DNA of 32,000 nucleotides from Candidatus Saccharimonadota bacterium (GTDB taxonomy: Bacteria > Patescibacteriota > Patescibacteriia > 2-12-FULL-60-25): NCBI GenBank assembly GCA_016699205.1, contig CP064964.1, forward strand, positions 990,001-1,022,000, written 5' to 3'. Positions within the stretch are counted from its first letter, which is position 1; each line of letters begins with the position of its first letter. Both the position numbers and the translations under genes were made by a program. Positions 25,513-32,000 of this stretch are shown here, piece by piece. Below the pieces are notes generated by a model, which was not told the origin of the DNA, made no database searches, and worked only from the letters and a program-made list of their open reading frames with translations.

Positions 25513-26760
25513 ATGAAATATCGATTGTTCCTGGGTTTTGCCGTTATCGTGATTGTGGCGTTTGGAGGATTTCTCTATGCGGCATGGCCATATCGAGGTT
25601 TGGTTCCGACTTTGATACCGCCGCCGATCGATCTTGGTGAGGCGACTCCCACGACATCTTCATCGACAAATGATGTAGGGGAGATGCAGCCTGGGAAGAA
25701 TGAGACGGGATTACCTTTGAAATTGCCGGACGGATTCTCAATGAATGTGTTTGCAAAGAACACGCCTGGTGCCCGCGTGGTTTTGGATGTTGGTGATGCA
25801 TTGATTGTTAGTCTTACAACTGCCGGTAAGATTGTCCGATTGGTCGATGCCGATAAAAATGGGATTGCGGAACGTGTAGAAGAATTGGCCCGCGGCTTAA
25901 ATAAGCCTCATGGACTGGCATTGCGTACCACCGGAAACTTGCGATTTGTGTATGTCGCGGAATTGCAGCAGCTTTCACGTTATGAGTTGAGTGCTGAAGG
26001 GAAGCTCATGAATAAAACCAAGCTGACGTCGCTGCCGTCAGGAGGACGGCATTTCACACGCACCATCCTACGTAAAGATGTCCCGTCTGAAAGCGATATT
26101 TATCTTTCCATCGGTTCATCTTGCGATGTCTGTAATGAAAAAGATGCACGGCATGGAACGGTGCAGATCTGGAATGGTTCTGAAATGAAGCCTTACGCGC
26201 AGGGGTTGCGTAATGCTGTCTTTATGACGTACGGGCCTGATGGAAAGATTTGGGTAACGGAAATGGGCCGGGATTTTCTTGGCGATGAATTGCCTCCGGA
26301 TGAGATCAATGTTCTTGAAGCGGAAAAGAATTACGGTTGGCCGACGTGTTACGGACAAAATATTCACGATACGCAGTTTGATAAGAATACGTATATCCGT
26401 AATCCCTGCATGGAGCCATTTGAAATGCCGAGTAAGATCGATTTACCAGCCCATTCCGCACCGCTCGGTCTCGCGTTTATCCCTACGGGTAAAGGTTGGC
26501 CTAAGGAATATGAAGGTAACCTGCTTGTAGTCTTCCACGGCTCTTGGAATCGATCGGAGCCGACGGGTTATAAGGTGCGTCGATTTGTCCTTGATGCTAA
26601 TGGCAATGTCGTGAAGGATGAAGATTTTATTTCTGGTTGGTTGGATGATGCGAGCGTGCTTGGCCGTCCTGTTGATTTGAAATTCGATAACAACGGGACA
26701 TTGTTCATCTCCGATGATCGTGCAGGTTTGGTATATCGTGTGACGCCGCCTAAACGATAA
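25513..26760 (+). CDS. PQQ-dependent sugar (glucose/sorbosone) dehydrogenase family beta-propeller protein, membrane anchored or secreted
   Basis: An N-terminal TM/signal segment is followed by GRHFTRTI, SIGSSCDVCNE, GLRNAV, PPDEINV...NYGWPTCYG and AHSAPLGL, as in soluble glucose dehydrogenase-like proteins. Confidence 0.8.
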   Translation: MKYRLFLGFAVIVIVAFGGFLYAAWPYRGLVPTLIPPPIDLGEATPTTSSSTNDVGEMQPGKNETGLPLKLPDGFSMNVFAKNTPGARVVLDVGDALIVSLTTAGKIVRLVDADKNGIAERVEELARGLNKPHGLALRTTGNLRFVYVAELQQLSRYELSAEGKLMNKTKLTSLPSGGRHFTRTILRKDVPSESDIYLSIGSSCDVCNEKDARHGTVQIWNGSEMKPYAQGLRNAVFMTYGPDGKIWVTEMGRDFLGDELPPDEINVLEAEKNYGWPTCYGQNIHDTQFDKNTYIRNPCMEPFEMPSKIDLPAHSAPLGLAFIPTGKGWPKEYEGNLLVVFHGSWNRSEPTGYKVRRFVLDANGNVVKDEDFISGWLDDASVLGRPVDLKFDNNGTLFISDDRAGLVYRVTPPKR

Positions 26761-28072
26761 GCGGAAGTTCTGCTAAATCCATCTTTTCTCCCGTGATAAC
26801 GCTATCGATGCGATAGGCGCCGTGAGTTGGAGCTTCGATGTAGCCGTTCCAGGCAAAACGCGCGAGACCGCCGGAATCGACCCAATCAAAGAGCCATTCA
26901 TTGGCGTATTTTGGATCGAGCTGTGGAGTGCCGGCATTTACGGTTTCCAGCCATTTTTTGTTGAAATCTTCTTGTGAGCCGATGGGCGGAGCCATGATAA
27001 TCGGCAGCCCGAGCCCTGCGTAAAAAGAGAGTTCACTGGGTTTGGTCCAAAGAATGTCTGTTGTACGGAGGGTTTTGGCAAAACTTCGGAAATAGCTCGG
27101 GCGATCGGAGTACCAGTGGATATGTAGGCTGCGTTCAATCGTTTTTTTCATCCCAAGGTCGATGGCGGCCTTTTTGAATTCTTTTGCAAGGTTTTCTCGT
27201 GTACCAGCTTCTAGGTTGAGACGAATCTCATTCCGGATGAGTCGAGTTTTAAGGCTCTGCATGAGCTCGATGCCGAGTTTGTGCTGCGCTCCGGCGCCGC
27301 CGACCGTAAATGTGAGCGTGAGGGGATGCTTTTTTTTGAATTGGCAAAGTTGTGGACCGAGTTCATCATGAAGAATCTTGGCATACTTTTGGATAAAGAT
27401 GCCTTTGGGGTCAAGATTGCAGATACGCGCGGCAAGATCGCTTTTAACGATGGAAGCATCAGATCCGCCGATATTTCCTTTTGGTAGTGGAAATCCGGTG
27501 AGAAAAATATTTTCTTCACGGACTCCATAGAGCTTTAAGCGTTCAACGACACGGCCATTGGAGGCAAAATATTTGATGCGTGATTTTTTGGGGTCAACCG
27601 GCACCCAAGCACGGGAAATGTCCGTGTCGCATGTCACGATGTAGATATCGCCAGGATAGCCGTAATACTCGGCAGCGAATGCCGGGAGAAAGAATGTTGA
27701 AACGAATGGGAGTTTGCGCTTGGAGAGTTTTTCAACGAGATGTTTGCCCAATCCGTTTTTAATCGAGCGATAGATTTGATTGAGCTGGATCGTTGAGCGG
27801 CTTAGATCGCGGCGCGGATAGAAGTCCGGAATACGTTGAAAACGGTCCATGACCCCAAAAGCCATTGGTCCGATGACGGGTAATGGCTGCAGTCTTGAGA
27901 TTTGCTCGTAGAGCTGGCGTGATGCGACCCACTGTTTTTTTTCCGATTCTGGAATGCCGGGATAGTTGTTTGCCGTGATGATGTCGCCATATGCCAAGTC
28001 CTCAAGGCCAAAGGCCGCGCGTTCATGGCCATAGCCCATGTTTACAGAAATGACCCATGCCTTGTTGTGCAT
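26750..28072 (-). CDS. GT-B glycosyltransferase, diverged GT28 (MGDG synthase / UgtP / MurG-like)
   Basis: The N-terminal VISVNMGYGHERAA resembles the GxGH loop, and FTVGGAGAQ is a G-loop. The C-terminal TKPSELSFYAGLGLPIIMAPPIGSQEDFNKKWL parallels the TKPGG...P.PGQE..N motif of MGDG-synthase-like enzymes. Confidence 0.55.
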   Translation of the reverse strand: MHNKAWVISVNMGYGHERAAFGLEDLAYGDIITANNYPGIPESEKKQWVASRQLYEQISRLQPLPVIGPMAFGVMDRFQRIPDFYPRRDLSRSTIQLNQIYRSIKNGLGKHLVEKLSKRKLPFVSTFFLPAFAAEYYGYPGDIYIVTCDTDISRAWVPVDPKKSRIKYFASNGRVVERLKLYGVREENIFLTGFPLPKGNIGGSDASIVKSDLAARICNLDPKGIFIQKYAKILHDELGPQLCQFKKKHPLTLTFTVGGAGAQHKLGIELMQSLKTRLIRNEIRLNLEAGTRENLAKEFKKAAIDLGMKKTIERSLHIHWYSDRPSYFRSFAKTLRTTDILWTKPSELSFYAGLGLPIIMAPPIGSQEDFNKKWLETVNAGTPQLDPKYANEWLFDWVDSGGLARFAWNGYIEAPTHGAYRIDSVITGEKMDLAELPLIV

Positions 28073-28079
28073 GAGTCAT

Positions 28080-28088
28080 ATTCTACCA
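28080..28088 (-). promoter_or_regulatory. Extended -10 element (minus strand) TGgTAGAAT, 7 nt upstream of ATG 28072
   Basis: The reverse complement of 28080-28088 is TGGTAGAAT. Confidence 0.4.
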
Positions 28089-28096
28089 CACGTATT

Positions 28097-28543
28097 TTAT
28101 TTCTTTTTGGATTCCCTGGATTTTCTAGGCTCGGGTTCTTCTGATTCTTCTTTCATGTCGATTTCCTTGATATAGGATTCGAAATGTTTTTCGTAGCGTT
28201 CCTCGACCATGCGGTCGAGCGCGTCTTTTTTTAGACTCGTCGATTTATTACCGAGTTCTTTCAAGGTTTCGTTCTTGGCTCGATGCCAGGCCCATTCATC
28301 GGTATAGACGTACCAGGCGTAATTCCAAAGCTCATCTTCCATTTCATGGAGCATGGCATGGGCGCGTTCTTCCGAGATGCCGAGCACCTCTTCCAGCTTG
28401 GAAATTGATTCTGGGTATGCTGCTTCCTCAAGACCTTGCTCGCGTCGAACAAGGCTTTCCGCGACATAACGTAGAAGCATTCCGCGATGGAATTCTTCTA
28501 GCTCGCGTTTTGGAAGGGTGAGAGAGACGAACTCCTGATGCAT
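28097..28543 (-). CDS. Hypothetical protein, helical and Trp-rich, with an acidic/lysine C-terminal tail
   Basis: 148-aa ORF that fits between its neighbours. I recognise no family. Confidence 0.5.
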   Translation of the reverse strand: MHQEFVSLTLPKRELEEFHRGMLLRYVAESLVRREQGLEEAAYPESISKLEEVLGISEERAHAMLHEMEDELWNYAWYVYTDEWAWHRAKNETLKELGNKSTSLKKDALDRMVEERYEKHFESYIKEIDMKEESEEPEPRKSRESKKK

Positions 28544-28571
28544 AGGGCGGGTGTCAGGTTTCAGTTAGCCG

Positions 28572-29672
28572 TTACTTCAGTACATCGGGCGATGTCGGTT
28601 TGCGAACGTCGATTTGGTAGCAGGTGCGTCCGGTACCATGCTCCCAGAATTTGGAAGTGGACGGATTATAGTTGGTTGGTTCAGTGCTGTTTGTGACCGT
28701 GCCGAATGTCGCGCAGAGCGAGTAGCTGTCGGAGTCGGTCAGGGTGTATTCATATTTCTCGCTTGTTTCCGGATCAACAATGGAGCCGACGTATGCATCG
28801 CGGGTTGCTTGCAGTGTTTCAAGATCTTTTGGAAGGGCCTTGTTAAGGCTCCAGTAGTTATCGACCGCGTAGGAAATGGATTGCAGTTCCGAGATGCGGC
28901 GATCATCAAAGCGGCGTGCACGCTCGGCAGAAGGGGAGCCGGCGATCCATAGACCGGAAACCGAAACGACAGTGACGATCGCTACGACGACCGAGATAAA
29001 GGCTTTCAATCCAGCAGGATAGGCTTTCCAGTTGCGAGGAATCTCTTTTTCTTCCCCACGCAAATCCCAAAGATAGTAGCCAAAGATGGAGCCGGCAATC
29101 GCTAGAACAATGATGACTTTCAAGAGGAAGCGTGTGGTGATTTCGCCGCTCAAGAAGTAGGTGACGAGCGTGATCAAATCGCCGATGATAACGCCGGCGG
29201 CAACAAAGAGCGTGACATAGGTGAGCCACTTGCGGACTTTGGATGAACGCTTTTCCGGGTCACGGGCGATGGCTTGGCGAAGCATGCGCGAGATCCAGTA
29301 GAAAATCGGGAAGGTGATGATGAGGGCTGCGGTTGCGGAGCGGATTACGGATGTTGTTGATTCGTAAATGTACGAGTACTCGACGGCGTCTGGCAGCCAG
29401 CGGTTTACAAATTGAAACAAGTTGGTTCCAAGACTGATTGCGCTGATGTACAGCGTGAGGAACATGACGAGGTACATGAATGCCTCGCGTGCCGAGAGAT
29501 AGGGTTTGCGCTTTGGGACGGCAATCGGGAAATCAATATCGGCATAAGCATCGATAGCCGTTCTTACCTCATCGTCCGGCCAACCTGCGGAGCCGAGCGC
29601 GTGAGCCAATTTTTCTCGGGAAAGTCCTTTTTCCAAGCCTTCTTTTACGAAGAGTTGCAGGTCGTTATTCAT
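28572..29672 (-). CDS. DUF5671-family membrane protein with a C-terminal extracytoplasmic domain
   Basis: The N-terminal soluble helix bundle (LQLFVKEGLEKGLSREKL...) is followed by the DUF5671-type helices (REAFMYLVMFLTLYISAISLG...). The C-terminal segment has DPETSEKYEYT...YSLCATF. Confidence 0.65.
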   Translation of the reverse strand: MNNDLQLFVKEGLEKGLSREKLAHALGSAGWPDDEVRTAIDAYADIDFPIAVPKRKPYLSAREAFMYLVMFLTLYISAISLGTNLFQFVNRWLPDAVEYSYIYESTTSVIRSATAALIITFPIFYWISRMLRQAIARDPEKRSSKVRKWLTYVTLFVAAGVIIGDLITLVTYFLSGEITTRFLLKVIIVLAIAGSIFGYYLWDLRGEEKEIPRNWKAYPAGLKAFISVVVAIVTVVSVSGLWIAGSPSAERARRFDDRRISELQSISYAVDNYWSLNKALPKDLETLQATRDAYVGSIVDPETSEKYEYTLTDSDSYSLCATFGTVTNSTEPTNYNPSTSKFWEHGTGRTCYQIDVRKPTSPDVLK

Positions 29673-29704
29673 ATGGAGTTACTGTAGTAAAGTTAGAGCT
29701 TTTT

Positions 29705-29747
29705 GTCCAAAAAACAGTCCCCGACTCGATGTGTATCGGATCGGGGA
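29705..29747 (-). terminator. Rho-independent terminator (minus strand) directly after the 103-aa ORF
   Basis: On the minus strand the sequence is TCCCCGATCCGAT-acac-ATCGAGTCGGGGA followed by CTGTTTTTTGG. The stem has one internal 2-nt mismatch. Confidence 0.6.
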
Positions 29748-30059
29748 TCAGGGGCTGTATTTTTTTTGGCAGAGTTCGAGTTTATCCTTTGGAAGATAGA
29801 ACATGCGGATGGAGGACCATTTTCCATTCCAGAACTGCTCTAGATACATCTCGTATCGCGGGCGCTCTGTAATATCTATAGCGACATTGAGCGACGAGTC
29901 GCCCCAAAAGAACGCGTTGGTGAGTATGGCGACGAGGCGGGTGTTTGTCGGGATAGCCAAGGGCCAGGTTTTCTCGGCGATCTCTACGTCTTCCTCGCCA
30001 TGTTTGATGACGGCCTCTACGTTGAGGATGTGTTCATTCATGCTTGTCAATTCCTCCAC
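29748..30059 (-). CDS. Hypothetical small protein
   Basis: 103-aa ORF from GTG 30059, with ATG 30041 as an alternative. Its composition is more protein-like than the overlapping plus-strand ORF, and its own terminator follows. Confidence 0.45.
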   Translation of the reverse strand: MEELTSMNEHILNVEAVIKHGEEDVEIAEKTWPLAIPTNTRLVAILTNAFFWGDSSLNVAIDITERPRYEMYLEQFWNGKWSSIRMFYLPKDKLELCQKKYSP

Positions 30060-30072
30060 GCAGGGTGATCAT
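30044..30072 (+). promoter_or_regulatory. Candidate promoter TTGTCA-17-GATCAT, 8 nt upstream of ATG 30081
   Basis: Read directly from the sequence. It lies inside the 5' end of the divergent small ORF. Confidence 0.35.
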
Positions 30073-30080
30073 GTGCACCT

Positions 30081-31223
30081 ATGGCTCAAGACGTCAAGCG
30101 ATTGGCATTGGAATTGCATGAGAAACTGCGGGGAAAGATTCGTATTGAACCAACCTGCACGATCGAGACAAAAGAAGATCTTACGTTGGTTTACTCGCCG
30201 GGTGTCGGAGCCGTGTCTCAGGCGATTGCGGCTGATCCAGCTTCTGTTGATCGATATACATGGCGTCGGAATACTGTCGCGATTGTTTCTGATGGTTCTG
30301 CCGTACTTGGCTTTGGCGACATCGGACACTTGTCAGTACTACCGGTGCTTGAAGGCAAGTCGGCGATCTTTAAGCGTTTTTCCGGCATTGATGCGATTCC
30401 GATTTTGATCGATACAAAAGATGTGGATGCGTTTGTCGAGACGGTGGCGCACATCGCCTCATCGTTTGGAGCGATTCAAATGGAAGATGTTTCTGCGCCG
30501 CGTTGTTTTGAGATCGAACGTAAATTGATGGAGCGATTGGACATGCCGGTGATGCATGATGATCAGCATGGAACAGCGATTGTTGCGCTGGCTGGTTTGA
30601 TGAATTCGCTGAAGGTTGTCGGTAAGTCGATGGAGTCGATTCGTGTTGTTTTGAATGGGGCTGGTGCGGCAGGAATCGCGATTGCGCGTTTATTGGTTGA
30701 TGCCGGAGTGAAGGATATTGTGATGTGTGATCGACAAGGTGCTATTTATGATGGACGTGAGGGATTGAATGATGAGAAGAAAGAAGTGGCGGCATTTACG
30801 AATTTGAATAAGCGAACGGGTAGCTTGTCGGAGGTTGCCGTTGGCGCGGATGTGTTGATCGGCGTATCAGCGGCCGGGGCGTTTACCGTAGAGATCGTGA
30901 AGTCGATGGCAACGAGCCCGATTGTGTTTGCACTTGCGAACCCGGTGCCGGAAATCGATCCGGAGACGGCGGCCTTGGCCGGTGTGGCTGTATTAGCGAC
31001 CGGGAGAAGCGATTTTGCCAATCAAGTAAACAATGCTTTGTGCTACCCGGGTTTGTTTCGCGGAATGCTGGATAGCGGAGTGAAAAAAGTGACATCGGAG
31101 ATCAAGCTACGTGCAGCCCAGGCGATCGCCGACTCACTGCCAAATCCGACTCCTGATGCGATTATTCCATCGATTTTTCAGCCTGGTTTGCATGAGCTCG
31201 TGGCAAAGAGCATCAAGGGTTAA
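30081..31223 (+). CDS. NAD(P)-dependent malic enzyme (short, ~380-aa type)
   Basis: VYSPGVG, VAIVSDGSAVLGFGDIG, PVLEGKSAIFKRF, HDDQHGTAIV, NGAGAAGIA, FALANPVPEI and NNALCYPGLFRG are present. Confidence 0.9.
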   Translation: MAQDVKRLALELHEKLRGKIRIEPTCTIETKEDLTLVYSPGVGAVSQAIAADPASVDRYTWRRNTVAIVSDGSAVLGFGDIGHLSVLPVLEGKSAIFKRFSGIDAIPILIDTKDVDAFVETVAHIASSFGAIQMEDVSAPRCFEIERKLMERLDMPVMHDDQHGTAIVALAGLMNSLKVVGKSMESIRVVLNGAGAAGIAIARLLVDAGVKDIVMCDRQGAIYDGREGLNDEKKEVAAFTNLNKRTGSLSEVAVGADVLIGVSAAGAFTVEIVKSMATSPIVFALANPVPEIDPETAALAGVAVLATGRSDFANQVNNALCYPGLFRGMLDSGVKKVTSEIKLRAAQAIADSLPNPTPDAIIPSIFQPGLHELVAKSIKG

Positions 31224-31228
31224 ATTTC

Positions 31229-31237
31229 TGCTATACT
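31229..31237 (+). promoter_or_regulatory. Extended -10 element TGcTATACT, 7 nt upstream of ATG 31245
   Basis: The sequence reads TGC TATACT gtgccgt ATG. Confidence 0.4.
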
Positions 31238-31244
31238 GTGCCGT

Positions 31245-31931
31245 ATGATCGTTCTTGAAGGTGTTTCAAAAGCGTATGGTTCGGATTCTATCGGTTTGGA
31301 CGATGTTTCTTTGCATATTCCGGCTGGTGAATTCGTCTCTATTGTGGGTCAGAGCGGTGCCGGAAAAACGACGCTCGCCAAACTATTGATGGCGGAGGAG
31401 CAGCCGACGAAGGGTCGTATCGAGATCGGTGGTTGGGATATTACCCGTATCAAAGCACGGGAGATTCCGGAGCTGCGTCGGCAGATCGGCGTGATTTTTC
31501 AGGATTATAAATTATTACCAAAAAAGACGGTGTACGAAAATGTTTCATTTGCACTGGAGGTTGCGGGAGTTAAGAGCAGAGTGATTCACGATATTGTTCC
31601 GCAGGTTTTGAATATTGTGGGTTTGGATGAAAAGTTTAATCGATTTCCGCGGCAATTATCGGGAGGCGAGCAGCAGCGCGTGGTTATCGCGAGAGCATTG
31701 GTGCATCGACCCAAAGTATTGCTAGCCGATGAGCCCACGGGAAACCTTGATACATTGAATACGCAGGACATTATGGACTTGCTCGTGAAGATTAATGCTT
31801 TTGGAACCACGGTGGTGCTCGTGACGCATAATCGCGAAGTGGTGAATGCGCTGCGTCGGCGAGTGATAACATTGAAGGACGGGAAGGTTGTATCGGATCA
31901 GAAGCACGGTAAATACATGTTGACCGTATGA
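31245..31931 (+). CDS. ftsE: Cell division ATP-binding protein FtsE
   Basis: Walker A GQSGAGKTT, the Q-loop, the signature LSGGEQQRV and Walker B LLADEPTGNLD are present. It is followed by ftsX with an ATGA overlap. Confidence 0.9.
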   Translation: MIVLEGVSKAYGSDSIGLDDVSLHIPAGEFVSIVGQSGAGKTTLAKLLMAEEQPTKGRIEIGGWDITRIKAREIPELRRQIGVIFQDYKLLPKKTVYENVSFALEVAGVKSRVIHDIVPQVLNIVGLDEKFNRFPRQLSGGEQQRVVIARALVHRPKVLLADEPTGNLDTLNTQDIMDLLVKINAFGTTVVLVTHNREVVNALRRRVITLKDGKVVSDQKHGKYMLTV

Positions 31932-32000
31932 CGATGGCTTGGAGAATCTTTGTCGCGAGTTGGAAGCACTTTGCACGCAATCTCTGGATTGGTATTGCAA
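31928..32000 (+). CDS. ftsX: Cell division permease FtsX, N-terminal fragment (3' end cut by window edge)
   Basis: ATG 31928 overlaps the ftsE TGA. MTMAWRIFVASWKHFARNLWIGIA matches the usual FtsX N-terminus (..RN.. followed by the first TM helix). Confidence 0.7.
   Translation, partial: MTMAWRIFVASWKHFARNLWIGIA

Noticed and set aside
29803-30408. 201-aa plus-strand ORF overlapping the small minus-strand ORF and the 5' third of the malic enzyme gene
   Set aside because: Its 3' half is out of frame with an unmistakable malic enzyme. Its 5' half is Ser/Cys-rich and not protein-like. The minus-strand ORF has its own terminator.

Overview
A 32-kb, gene-dense bacterial chromosomal segment with about 40 CDS and 3 tRNAs. 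I found no rRNA, CRISPR array, transposase or integrase. It uses the standard genetic code and looks roughly 50% GC by eye. Positions 1-12.6 kb form a cell-envelope glycan locus. It contains an AsnB-type amidotransferase cut by the window edge, and a C-terminally truncated UDP-sugar 6-dehydrogenase fused to an SDR epimerase. It also holds a WbaP-type polyprenyl-phosphate sugar-phosphotransferase on the opposite strand and a secreted S8 protease broken by frameshifts. The rest of the locus is two tandem UXS-like SDR paralogs, a DPM1/GtrB-like GT2 with a DUF2304 partner, two GT4 transferases and a 669-aa polytopic membrane protein. The remainder is housekeeping and envelope genes: CDP-alcohol phosphatidyltransferase, MurE-like ligase, PH-domain protein, FtsB-like protein, tRNA-Gly/tRNA-Thr, FtsW/RodA, GyrB and L25/Ctc. 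These are followed by DUF3048, PrmC, tRNA-Val, an M29-like protein, a PQQ-type sugar dehydrogenase, a GT28-like protein, DUF5671, malic enzyme and FtsE/FtsX. Gene content and compaction hint at an uncultured CPR/Patescibacteria-like lineage, but that is inference only. I did not find a defence system or mobile element. The items most worth a second look are listed here. (1) A -10-like box sits 6-8 nt upstream of many ATGs and Shine-Dalgarno motifs are almost absent, which suggests largely leaderless expression. (2) Four 1-nt homopolymer frameshifts cluster at 3966-4372 and break the sugar transferase N-terminus and the S8 protease. (3) The dehydrogenase-epimerase fusion lacks the dehydrogenase UDP-binding domain. 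(4) Two tandem UXS-like enzymes lack the catalytic Glu and carry a 14-aa insertion. (5) A GT2 + DUF2304 + large membrane protein arrangement resembles Gtr/Arn-type extracytoplasmic glycosylation.
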